Below are positions 15,680-23,838 of a stretch of DNA of 32,000 nt, piece by piece. The position numbers were made by a program, and so were the translations under genes. The notes under the pieces are model-generated. The model was not told the DNA's origin. It searched no databases and saw only the letters and a list, made by a program, of their open reading frames with translations. Source of the stretch: Nitrososphaera viennensis EN76 (GTDB taxonomy: Archaea; Thermoproteota; Nitrososphaeria; Nitrososphaerales; Nitrososphaeraceae); assembly GCF_000698785.1 (NCBI RefSeq), contig NZ_CP007536.1:900001-932000 (forward strand), given 5' to 3'. The first letter of the stretch is position 1. Each line of letters starts with the position of its first letter.

Positions 15680-16192
15680 CTAGGTTACTGCGCTTGATAC
15701 TCTTACTGCTTCAGGATTCTCCCCATATTCAATTACATGCACGAATCTGGTTTCAGCCTGATAATCCGCATAGCTGACTACAACTCTATACTCGCCTGCA
15801 GGGATTCCCAAGAAGTCGTCCATCTCCACGCGGTAAGTATATTTTCCATCAGCTAAGACACCAACTGCTTTCTGCTGATATAAAGTGCCATCTGGATAAT
15901 ATACTCGGCTTAGGATTGACTCTCCTTCTTTTAGTATTGATCTTGAGATAGTTCCAGAAACAATGACTGCTTCATTATTTGTGTAAACATCTGTTCCACG
16001 GTCTGTATTCGCTGTCAACAATTGCTGGTGGTTATCATTACTCTCAGATATTGCTATCGAGTTTGTTGCTTTCGCCGTACTTGCTGCCGCATTATACACT
16101 AATGATGGTGTCATCATTACTGTTGTTGCCATCAGCAACATCAAAATAATGAAACCTCCATCGTTATTTTTGTTTGTACGATTTGCAGTCAT
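15680..16192 (-). CDS. Secreted or membrane-anchored hypothetical protein (170 aa)
   Basis: An N-terminal hydrophobic segment (GGFIILMLLMATTVMMTPSLV) is followed by a beta-rich domain (YTYRVEMDD..GEYRVVVSYADY). Confidence 0.6.
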   Translation of the reverse strand: MTANRTNKNNDGGFIILMLLMATTVMMTPSLVYNAAASTAKATNSIAISESNDNHQQLLTANTDRGTDVYTNNEAVIVSGTISRSILKEGESILSRVYYPDGTLYQQKAVGVLADGKYTYRVEMDDFLGIPAGEYRVVVSYADYQAETRFVHVIEYGENPEAVRVSSAVT

Positions 16193-16347
16193 AGGTTATC
16201 TTTGCCTGTGCTCTTTGCACAGTTTGTTCATAATATTTATCGTTTTATCGGAACTCCAATATTCGATTCAAAAGCTGGCGAGCCTTGCATATTTACAGAT
16301 AGTTCAGATAAAACTATATTAGAAGCGTTAATCTTGAATCGCACATC

Positions 16348-16938
16348 ATGTCCTTGCGTTTTTCCCATAATAAAGAAATCATCGATATTGTCTTGTTGTG
16401 CACACTTGTTATTGCTACTATGGTATCGGCTTTTACCGTATTGAGATTTACATCGAACATCAATATAGATCTATCAGACGAAAATACTAATCCCAGTACC
16501 GGCAATGAAATTATGGTAACATTTAATGCAACACCATTGGGTGCAATTTATCAATCTTCGCCAATTCTCTTACCTATAAGCTGGGGGACAGTAGCAGCCA
16601 TTCTCTTATGGCGAGGACGAATTCGATCGATTTGGAGCAAACAAGGGTATGACTATGATACCTTCAAACTGATTGCAAGAATGCGTGGAAGTCCATTGCG
16701 TGTTAGATTACTAAATTCAATCAGCGAAACACCCAAGAACAAGCTGCAGTTGGCAAAAGAATTCAATGTTGATTGGAATACGGTGAACAACCATATTGAA
16801 ATTCTTCTTAGAAATAGCCTTGTAAAGGAGACAGAAACTATAGGAACAACAAAATATTACGTGATTGCAGAGAACGGGCGGAAGATACTTTCCCTATTAG
16901 AAGAATCTCGTGCAGCAAGTAAGCGTTCTCCTAATTGA
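16348..16938 (+). CDS. Membrane-anchored winged-helix (ArsR-like wHTH) transcriptional regulator
   Basis: Two TM segments (IIDIVLLCTLVIATMVSAFTVL and SPILLPISWGTVAAILLW) precede PLRVRLLNSISETPKNKLQLAKEFNVDWNTVNNHIEILLRNSLVKE...YYVIAENG, a typical wHTH. Confidence 0.65.
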   Translation: MSLRFSHNKEIIDIVLLCTLVIATMVSAFTVLRFTSNINIDLSDENTNPSTGNEIMVTFNATPLGAIYQSSPILLPISWGTVAAILLWRGRIRSIWSKQGYDYDTFKLIARMRGSPLRVRLLNSISETPKNKLQLAKEFNVDWNTVNNHIEILLRNSLVKETETIGTTKYYVIAENGRKILSLLEESRAASKRSPN

Positions 16939-17108
16939 AATGTACCTATTCACCTGTTCTCATTCTTTTAGATTCTGTTAGAGCTATGTATTGTGTTAAC
17001 CTGTTATGACGGTACTAACGAGATTTAGAGTTCTTTGCGTACTCGAAGATAGAAAGGGCCATTGCATAACACAAAGACGCAATCAAAATAGACAGTGGTA
17101 ATGGTATC

Positions 17109-18530
17109 CTAGGAAACGATTTTGCCCCTGGCAAGAAATATTTCATGGTTCCCCGTCGTCAGATCTTCCCACATGACAAAGACATCATTTCCAGATATTG
17201 ATATTGATGGGCACTCGGAAATCCCCGAGTTGTTGCTCAGGTTGGAAGGAGGTGTCGATGTATTATTATCAATATTGCCGCCAAAAAGATTTGGAACAAA
17301 CATGATCTCCTCGTTGCCAGCTGACATCTGGACCTGGGCGGCCACGTGCAGAGAGTAAGAAGCCTCCAGCCCGTCTGCGCCACCGCCAGCATCGCCGCCC
17401 GTTTGGGGCTTCTCACTCATTATCGCAAGCTCGACGTTAGAAGGGCTCTTCAAAGAGCTAATGCTTGAAGGGTCGGTAAAGGTGTCTCCGCCGTCGCTGC
17501 TCCGGACGTAAAAGAGGTTTGCCACGGTCACGGCATCCAAGCCTCCCCATATCACATGGACGTCGTCTCCGTACGCGGCAACCTGGGCTTCGCCCACTAC
17601 CTCGTTTCCTTTGTTTAACTTGGCAGCCGGAGAAAAGGTGCTCCCGCTGTCAGAGCTCTTTGCAAAGTAGAGCCCTTGTTGTTGCAGATTGCCCTTGCCG
17701 CTGCCGACGGAGCTCCACGCAACATACACGCTGTCTCCATGCGCCGCGACTTTGGGAAACGATCTTGAATCAACGCTGCTGCTATTGCCTTGCACAATAG
17801 TGACTGGATCTGCAAACGTGTTGCCGCCGTTGCTGCTGGCTCTGAATACTATTGCATTGCCCCCGTCAGTAGCCTGCTCCTGCCATACCAGGTAGACGCT
17901 GCTGCCAGAGGCTGCCAATTCCTGGTTGTAGGATGAGGCGCTGCCAGGGCTGCTGAGCACTCTGGGCTTGCCAAATGTCCTTCCGGCATCGTCGCTTTTT
18001 GTAAAGAGTATTTCTCTTTTCCCGGAAGTGTTATCGGCCCAGACGACGTATACAGCGTTGTTAACGTCTGATGCAGCAAGCTGCGGGTGCTCCGAGAACC
18101 CTGCATTTCTGCTCAGGTTTGATGTTTCGCCATCAAAAGTCTCTCCCCTGTCTTGGCTTGCCTTGAAAAATATGTCATAATTGTTGCTGCGGCCGGAGGC
18201 AGGGTCTCGGACAGATTCCTGCCACACCACATAGACGTTATCGTTTGCAGATGCTACTTGGCCGTAAACAGAGTCGTTGGGATTGTTGGTAAGGTTGATT
18301 GCGTCTCCAAATTCCACGCTGCTTCTGTTGCTTGCAACTTGTTGCTGCTGGTTGCTACCAGCAGCAGTATCCTGTGGCTTGTTGTTGTTACCATTGGCAA
18401 GAGACGAGGGCGACAGATCAGCACTTTTGTTTGATAGAGCAGAGGAACCGGAAGAGAAGGCGAGTATCAGACCCGCGGCAGCAGCTATTGCTGCTGCCGT
18501 TATTGTTGCTAGCAATGCAACACGTCTCAT
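17109..18530 (-). CDS. Secreted BNR/Asp-box repeat protein, predicted six-bladed beta-propeller (sialidase-like fold)
   Basis: An N-terminal signal anchor is present. There are five Asp-boxes: SQDRGETF, SDDAGRTF, SSNGGNTF, SSDSGSTF and SSDGGDTF. A repeated strand motif occurs six times: VYVVWQE, VYVVWAD, VYLVWQE, VYVAWSS, VHVIWGG and VFVMWED. Confidence 0.8.
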   Translation of the reverse strand: MRRVALLATITAAAIAAAAGLILAFSSGSSALSNKSADLSPSSLANGNNNKPQDTAAGSNQQQQVASNRSSVEFGDAINLTNNPNDSVYGQVASANDNVYVVWQESVRDPASGRSNNYDIFFKASQDRGETFDGETSNLSRNAGFSEHPQLAASDVNNAVYVVWADNTSGKREILFTKSDDAGRTFGKPRVLSSPGSASSYNQELAASGSSVYLVWQEQATDGGNAIVFRASSNGGNTFADPVTIVQGNSSSVDSRSFPKVAAHGDSVYVAWSSVGSGKGNLQQQGLYFAKSSDSGSTFSPAAKLNKGNEVVGEAQVAAYGDDVHVIWGGLDAVTVANLFYVRSSDGGDTFTDPSSISSLKSPSNVELAIMSEKPQTGGDAGGGADGLEASYSLHVAAQVQMSAGNEEIMFVPNLFGGNIDNNTSTPPSNLSNNSGISECPSISISGNDVFVMWEDLTTGNHEIFLARGKIVS

Positions 18531-18700
18531 GACTGCAATAGCATTTTCTAATATATTAGAGTTGGAAAAAATGCAAAGGCATGGTCAATCCATATACATA
18601 TAGCCGATGCTGCAAGGTTGGCTTTTTGCAAGCCGAAAGCAGGGCAGAACCCGGAATAGGTATAAATCAGCCCTCGCCTGAATGAAGGAAGAACAAGAAC

Positions 18701-18868
18701 ATGCCGATAGCCGATGCGACAAAGAAACAGATCGCTCAGCAGCGCAGGCTCTACTTCAAGATATGCTTCCGCTGCGGTGGCAAGAACCCGATATCTTCGA
18801 CAAGGTGCAGAAAGTGCCACAGCGACCAGATGCGCCTGAAGAACAGGACGTTGGGTGCCAAGAAGTAA
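18701..18868 (+). CDS. rpl40e: Ribosomal protein L40e
   Basis: Below the track cutoff. My translation is MPIADATKKQIAQQRRLYFKICFRCGGKNPISSTRCRKCHSDQMRLKNRTLGAKK. It has the C..C...C..C zinc ribbon and an N-terminus typical of archaeal L40e. Confidence 0.9.
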   Translation: MPIADATKKQIAQQRRLYFKICFRCGGKNPISSTRCRKCHSDQMRLKNRTLGAKK

Positions 18869-18871
18869 AAA

Positions 18872-18913
18872 AAGAGGGCACGGGCAGCAACCCTTTTCAC
18901 ATTTTACGTTTTC
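18872..18913 (+). terminator. Weak hairpin followed by three T4 tracts after rpl40e
   Basis: AAGAGGG...CCCTTTT forms the stem. TTTT tracts lie at 18894-18897, 18902-18905 and 18909-18912. Confidence 0.45.
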
Positions 18914-19393
18914 AGGACTCCTAGTTACCATTTTGGAAAAAATCAACAGAGAAAAATCCGGACTCTAGGTTATCTGCACATATTCATAGAACAACACATA
19001 CACTGTCAAAATAGACCCTTCCGCCGGCAAATTTGTTTCAATCATGAACAGCGCGGTTGGCGGTAAATTGCATACGAATCCCACATTTTGGCCACAACAT
19101 CATTATTATCGCCTCATTACGTATTCTCTATCAGGCATGGCCTCAATCGTGCCTGAGCAAGTCGACATAACCCAACTCCCCTGCCCGGTGGCATTATGGC
19201 TGTCATACGCGGGTGGGGGCAGTCTAATAAAAAAAACAGATGTTACAAAATCAAATTGCAGATCTTCTAGTTTGAATGTGCACACCACCAGTCATTTGTA
19301 CACGAGAAAGTAATGATGACGCGTGTTTGATGCGACAATGATCAAGACGGCAAACGTATACGAAACGAATGAAAGTGCATTTATGAAATCAAG

Positions 19394-19468
19394 TGGATGG
19401 GGAGAGATTCGAACTCTCGACCACCTGTGTGTGAGACAGGTATCCTAACCAGGCTAGACTACCCATCC
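19394..19468 (-). tRNA. tRNA-Val(CAC): tRNA-Val (anticodon CAC), 75 nt, no intron, CCA not encoded
   Basis: Hand fold: acceptor GGATGGG/CCCATCC is perfect over 7 bp. The anticodon stem CCTGT/ACAGG flanks the loop CTCACAC. The T-arm is GAGAG-TTCGAAT-CTCTC, and the discriminator is A. A TATA-like ACATATATTATC lies about 30 nt upstream. Confidence 0.9.
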
Positions 19469-19668
19469 ACTGCGTGTTTGCTTTCGATTGACCGATAATA
19501 TATGTTAAGCAGGCATTAATAGCAAGACAACAAGAGAATCTTGCACAAGATTGACGCGGACAAATCTCTCTACTTGGTTATCGCAATATGTCCATAGGTA
19601 CTATATTGAATTCATCAAACAAACAAGAATAAATGAAGAAGGAAAGCGTAGAGGATGATATTCCCTTA

Positions 19669-20355
19669 CTATAGCCTGGTTATTTTGTACGTGAGTATGT
19701 ATTCATCGGTGTGCGAGAATGCGTTGACGTTGCTTCTCTCATAGTTCGGTCCGGCATATGCGTGGTTTACATAGCCTATCTGGTCATTGGTATCAAAGGT
19801 GCTTATCCAGCTAGGCGAATTTATGATCTGGAAGATATAGTCGCAAGATGGACTTCCGGCGAGGGTATGACAATAACTCGCGTCCCATGCCGGCGGTCTT
19901 GGAACCGTCCATCGCTTCCCGTCATATTCTAATCCGTAGGCAGCGACATTTAGCACGCCCCCTTGCGGTATTGTTACATCAATGTACTTGTTGGCAAACC
20001 TTACCACCTCTCCATTAGTAACGCTATACATGGCACCATCACAAGTTCTAGAAGGACTCGGTGCGTTGCAAGTGTCCAGATATTTCTGCTGGCCGTTTAC
20101 TACTCCGAATAGTTTGAATTCCCCGTTATCAGATCCAAAAATTCTTGAATCTGGATCGTTATCGTCAAGTATTGTGACCTTGGTGAATTCCACCCTGTAG
20201 GTTCCACCTCCACCTTGTGCGTCAGCTTGCCGAAACATCTGGCTGGATATGATGACTGATGTCGAGACCGCCGCTAGCAGCCCGATGACTGCCATTGCAA
20301 GATGCTTGTGCGAAATTGCCGGCGTGATCCTCCCGTAAACTCTCCTATGTGACAC
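19669..20355 (-). CDS. Secreted hypothetical protein (228 aa) with 6 Cys in the mature part
   Basis: GTG start, with an in-frame ATG at 20295. The signal-anchor is LAMAVIGLLAAVSTSVIISS...ADAQ. TTAAATAAA lies about 29 nt upstream of the GTG. Confidence 0.6.
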   Translation of the reverse strand: MSHRRVYGRITPAISHKHLAMAVIGLLAAVSTSVIISSQMFRQADAQGGGGTYRVEFTKVTILDDNDPDSRIFGSDNGEFKLFGVVNGQQKYLDTCNAPSPSRTCDGAMYSVTNGEVVRFANKYIDVTIPQGGVLNVAAYGLEYDGKRWTVPRPPAWDASYCHTLAGSPSCDYIFQIINSPSWISTFDTNDQIGYVNHAYAGPNYERSNVNAFSHTDEYILTYKITRL

Positions 20356-20754
20356 ATACTATAATATAATCATGATTTATTTAAGTAATGAGTAATGATT
20401 TACATATATCGGTTAAAGTGTTGCATCATATTATAGAACAATCCGGATTTTTTTGTGTGTATCCAAAAGCCCGTATAGTCTAGTGTGCCCACATATCCTA
20501 GCGAAATCAAGATAGAACATTAATTTCCACAGGCGGCTAATGCCAAAAGAAAAGTGTGAAAATTGCAAAGAGAGGAGGTAATCCTGATTGGTACAGGCAG
20601 GGCAACACGTAAAGGAAATGGAACATTAATTCCAGCAATGTGAGCAATTACTTTGAATGATGACCTTGGCTGACTCTACAGCAGCTAGGCTGGGTTTACG
20701 TCTGCAGTAGTTCCTCCATTGTGTTTGTTTTTTGCTACAATGGAATTATTTCTT

Positions 20755-20925
20755 TCATATTTCCGCGTTAGGCAAGCATTGATCGCAATACCTTCGCATC
20801 AGGATAACGTTGCCCATCTGGAACAGTGCTTCTGTCGTAGCATCTGCTGTACAATAAAAGCACATGTACTTGGTCACCTTTTGCGGTCTTGGCCCTATAG
20901 CCCTTATCTCAAAAGACTTTGCCAT
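20755..20925 (-). CDS. Unannotated small zinc-ribbon-like protein (56 aa, CxxC...CxxC)
   Basis: My translation is MAKSFEIRAIGPRPQKVTKYMCFYCTADATTEALFQMGNVILMRRYCDQCLPNAEI. TTAAATAAA lies 26-34 nt upstream, and a perfect 9-bp inverted repeat sits between it and the ATG. The antisense track ORF 20719..20958 looks spurious. Confidence 0.4.
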   Translation of the reverse strand: MAKSFEIRAIGPRPQKVTKYMCFYCTADATTEALFQMGNVILMRRYCDQCLPNAEI

Positions 20926-20951
20926 AACCACAAATCATTTCGTTTGTGGTT
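20926..20951. promoter_or_regulatory. Perfect inverted repeat AACCACAAA-N8-TTTGTGGTT between the TATA-like box and the start codon of the small zinc-ribbon ORF
   Basis: Read directly from the sequence: 20926-20934 is the reverse complement of 20943-20951. Confidence 0.4.
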
Positions 20952-21140
20952 TATTTAACGATGAGAGATGGCTTTTTCTCGTTTTGTTTATTGTAATCAT
21001 GGCAGTTGACTATATTTTGAAATAGGTTACTATCTTGCTCTTCTCTGATTTTTGTCAAGTGCATTCTGGCTGGCCTTGTACGAGTGCACAGTATTTTGGG
21101 GTACATATATGCCGAAGAGTAATGTCCCCCACTTGTTCAG

Positions 21141-22412
21141 CTACGTTCCTTCTGCAAACCCGTCGAGGTATGCCTTTTGCTCTGGCGTTAACACGTCAAT
21201 GTCGACGCCCATAGACTGCAGTTTTGCAAGCGCGATTTCCTGGTCCTGCTGCTTGTCGATGTTGTAGACGATTGGCTTCATCGTCCCCTTTGACTGCGCC
21301 AGCTTAAGCACCGACAGGAACTGGTTTGCAAAGCTCATGTCCATGACCTCTGACGGATGCCCTTCTGCAGCCGCCAGGTTGACGAGCCTCCCCTCGCCTA
21401 TCAGGTAGACGCGGCTTCCGTTCTTGAGGCTGTACTGCATCGTGTGCTGGTTGATTTCTTTCGTCCCTGTCGACTGCTTTTCAAGATCTGGAATAGAGAT
21501 CTCGACGTTGAAATGGCCGGCGTTGGCAAGTATCGCGCCGTCCTTCATCTTGGCAATGTCGTCTGCAACTATGACATCCTTGCAGCCAGTGGTCGTGATG
21601 AAGACATCTCCCACCTCTGCGGCCTTGTTCATTGTTGCCACTGCAAAGCCGTCAAGCTTTGCCTTGAGCGCTGCAATCGGGTCGACCTCTGTCACAATCA
21701 CGTTTGCTCCAAGGCCGGATGCCCGCTTTGCCACCCCCTTGCCCACGTGGCCGTAACCCGCAACGACTATGTTTTTGCCTGACAGGAGCACGTTTGTGGC
21801 CCTTATGATGCCGTCCAGCGCGGATTGCCCTGTGCCGTAGATGTTGTCAAAGTCGTGCTTCGTTTCAGCGTCGTTTACCGCTATCACCGGATACAAGAGC
21901 CTTCCTGACTTTTGCAGTGCGCGCAGGCGCACCACGCCGGTGGTGGTTTCTTCAGTGCCTCCGTACAGCGGGCCGGCAAGGCCGCCGTTCCTTCCTTGTT
22001 CGAGCGCCTTGTGCATCTCCACCGTCAGGTCGGCGCCGTCGTCGATCGTGATGTGCGGGTTCAGCTTCATCGAGGAGTGTATGTCGTCATAATATTCCTT
22101 TGTAGAAACGCCCCTGCTTGCAAAAACGGAAACGCCGTCGTGCTTGACCAAAGATGCTGCGACATCGTCCTGCGTTGAAAGCGGGTTGCATCCGCACCAG
22201 GATAGCTCTGCGCCGGCGGCCTTCAACGTCCTTACCAGCACGCCAGTTTCCTTTGTCACGTGGAGGCAGCCGGCCACCCTGATTCCCTTCAGCGGCTTGG
22301 TCTCGCTGTATTTCTTTCTTAGTGCAACAAGAACGGGCATGTGCGCCTCTGCCCAGTCTATGCGCCTCTTGCCTTCCTCGGCAAGCGCAAGGTCTTTTAC
22401 GCGGTATTCCAT
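21141..22412 (-). CDS. ahcY: S-adenosyl-L-homocysteine hydrolase (adenosylhomocysteinase)
   Basis: Clear family blocks are present: DWAEAHMPVL, GCNPLSTQDDVAA, EETTTGV, GYGHVGKGVA and NLAAAEGHPSEVMD. I prefer ATG at 22412 (MEYRVKDL...) because TAATATAT (22435-22442) lies 23-30 nt upstream. The track start at 22436 falls inside that box. Confidence 0.9.
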   Translation of the reverse strand: MEYRVKDLALAEEGKRRIDWAEAHMPVLVALRKKYSETKPLKGIRVAGCLHVTKETGVLVRTLKAAGAELSWCGCNPLSTQDDVAASLVKHDGVSVFASRGVSTKEYYDDIHSSMKLNPHITIDDGADLTVEMHKALEQGRNGGLAGPLYGGTEETTTGVVRLRALQKSGRLLYPVIAVNDAETKHDFDNIYGTGQSALDGIIRATNVLLSGKNIVVAGYGHVGKGVAKRASGLGANVIVTEVDPIAALKAKLDGFAVATMNKAAEVGDVFITTTGCKDVIVADDIAKMKDGAILANAGHFNVEISIPDLEKQSTGTKEINQHTMQYSLKNGSRVYLIGEGRLVNLAAAEGHPSEVMDMSFANQFLSVLKLAQSKGTMKPIVYNIDKQQDQEIALAKLQSMGVDIDVLTPEQKAYLDGFAEGT

Positions 22413-22450
22413 GAAAACTGCAAAGGCCGGCGCCATATATTACGTGTTCG

Positions 22451-23140
22451 CTAGAGCAGCGCCCGCCGGAGCATTATTGCCATGACGTGCTCGTCCGTCA
22501 CTGGCGCAAAGTCCTCGTAAAACTCGCCTACCGCGCCAAAATCTGCCGGCGCGGCAAGCACGACCACGGAATCTGCCTCGTGTTTTAGCGCCTCGACAGT
22601 CTGCGCCGGCGCCACGGGTGCGGCGATTGTGAGCGACGAAGGCTGCTGTTTTTTTATCCACCTTGCCGCGGCAATCGCAGTCGCGCCGGTGGCAACCCCG
22701 TCGTCCACAAGGACGACGTCCCTCCCGCGGATGTCATAGGGCAGGCCGGCCTTGCGGTACTTGGACTGCCTTCGCGCTATCTCTGCCACCTGCTTTTCCT
22801 TTTCCCTCTCTATGTATTCCTGCTTGACCCTGAGCGCAATTACCACGTAGCGGTTGACATAGTCGGTGCCGTCGGCCATCACTGCGCCGATTGCAAGCTC
22901 CTCATTTCCGGGAGCGCCGAGCTTTCTTGGGATCACGATGTCAAAGCCTGCTCCCAGCTTGCCTGCGACAATGTCTGCAAGGACGACTCCGCCCCGCGGT
23001 ATGCCAAGGATGAGTGTGCCCCCTTCCTTCTTGTTTCTCACTGCTGGCGCAAGCGCCTCGGCAAGCGCGTTTCCCGCGTCCGCCCGATTCCTGAACCTCA
23101 CCACTGCACCATAGATCCTGCCGGCGCAGTTTTTAAGCAT
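22451..23140 (-). CDS. Phosphoribosyltransferase-family protein (type I PRTase fold)
   Basis: The PRPP-binding loop is DVVLVDDGVATGAT. I prefer the ATG at 23140 (MLKNCAG...); the longer track ORF adds a Cys/Lys/Arg-rich implausible extension. Confidence 0.7.
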   Translation of the reverse strand: MLKNCAGRIYGAVVRFRNRADAGNALAEALAPAVRNKKEGGTLILGIPRGGVVLADIVAGKLGAGFDIVIPRKLGAPGNEELAIGAVMADGTDYVNRYVVIALRVKQEYIEREKEKQVAEIARRQSKYRKAGLPYDIRGRDVVLVDDGVATGATAIAAARWIKKQQPSSLTIAAPVAPAQTVEALKHEADSVVVLAAPADFGAVGEFYEDFAPVTDEHVMAIMLRRALL

Positions 23141-23184
23141 TGACCAGTCCAAAACTATAATTCTGCCCCGCCGTTTCTTGCACT

Positions 23185-23202
23185 TGCACACACACATGCG
23201 CA
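23185..23202. repeat. Perfect alternating pyrimidine/purine tract (TGCACACACACATGCGCA), 18 nt, spanning the start codon of the next gene
   Basis: Read directly from the sequence. Strict Y-R alternation holds throughout. Confidence 0.9.
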
Positions 23203-23741
23203 GGATCCAGATAGCGGTCATAGGCTACAACAAAGACAGGTGCACAGACGAGGCAAGAAAGGCGGCGTACGAGGTCGGAAGCGAGATAGCGAGGGCTGGC
23301 GCGGTGCTGGTATGCGGAGGCCTCGGCGGCGTCATGGAAGAGGCATGCAGGGGCGCCAAGGACAACAACGGGCTCACGGTGGGAATCATACCGGAGGACG
23401 ACTTTAGCTATGCAAACAAGTACTGCGATATCATAGTCTGCTCGACGATCGGGTTTGCCCGCGACTTTATCGTGGCCGGCTCTGCCGACGGCATCATTGC
23501 AGTAGGCGGAGGGGTCGGCACCCTGACAGAGATGACAGTCGGGTATATGATGAAAAAGCCGATGGTTGCGGTAAAGGGGAGCGGAGGAACGGCTGACGAA
23601 TACGGCGGCAGGTACCTTGACGAGCGCAAGCGGGTAGAGATAATGACGGCAGCAAGCCCGAAAGAAGCGGTCAGGATGATACTAGAAAGGATAAAGGAGA
23701 ATGCCGGGCTGGGGCACGACAATCTGCCTGACACAGCGTGA
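23196..23741 (+). CDS. TIGR00725/LOG-like Rossmann-fold nucleotide-binding protein
   Basis: MRRIQIAVIG...AGAVLVCGGLGGVMEEACRGA...GIIAVGGGVGTLTEM is typical of the TIGR00725 / lysine-decarboxylase-like family. Confidence 0.7.
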   Translation: MRRIQIAVIGYNKDRCTDEARKAAYEVGSEIARAGAVLVCGGLGGVMEEACRGAKDNNGLTVGIIPEDDFSYANKYCDIIVCSTIGFARDFIVAGSADGIIAVGGGVGTLTEMTVGYMMKKPMVAVKGSGGTADEYGGRYLDERKRVEIMTAASPKEAVRMILERIKENAGLGHDNLPDTA

Positions 23742-23745
23742 TATT

Positions 23746-23838
23746 GCACACGCGCGTGTTTCGGTAGTTTCTGCCATTACTTGCATATATATACACACAT
23801 GCATGCCCCGGAAGGCAGACATGTGCACGTATGTGCGT
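23746..23838. repeat. Three perfect alternating purine/pyrimidine tracts (15, 25 and 20 nt) in the gap after the TIGR00725-like gene
   Basis: The tracts are 23746-23760 TGCACACGCGCGTGT, 23782-23806 TGCATATATATACACACATGCATGC and 23819-23838 ACATGTGCACGTATGTGCGT. Confidence 0.9.

Noticed and set aside
18946-18963. GAGAAAAATCCGGACTC resembles the RNase P RNA CR-I block GAGGAAAGTCCGGGCTC
   Set aside because: There are three substitutions plus an insertion in a universally conserved block. I found no CR-IV/CR-V counterpart (ACAGAA...GGCTTA) downstream, and the surrounding sequence is AT-rich and unlike archaeal RNase P RNA.
19311-19375. C/D-box sRNA-like signals (AUGAUGA at 19313-19319, UGAUCA at 19339-19344)
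   Set aside because: There is no CUGA D box at the required ~12-nt spacing after either box, and no terminal stem. Similar partial signals at 12851-12922 and 20655-20700 also fail the spacing rules. At 12885-12895 the A/T box is better explained as the promoter of the next gene.
18945-20460. Inverted pair CAGAGAAAAATCCGGACTCT (about 18945) and ACAATCCGGATTTTTTTGTG (about 20437), 16 of 20 matching, flanking tRNA-Val and a secreted-protein gene (TIR-like)
   Set aside because: The exact core is only an 11-mer in A/T-rich low-complexity context. By my rough estimate, on the order of a hundred such 11-mer inverted matches are expected by chance in 32 kb. There is no transposase and there are no target-site duplications.
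20719-21267. Track ORFs 20719-20958 (+) and 21052-21267 (+)
   Set aside because: The first is antisense to the better-supported small zinc-ribbon ORF and is Cys/His/Leu-rich junk. The second is antisense to the 3' end of ahcY.
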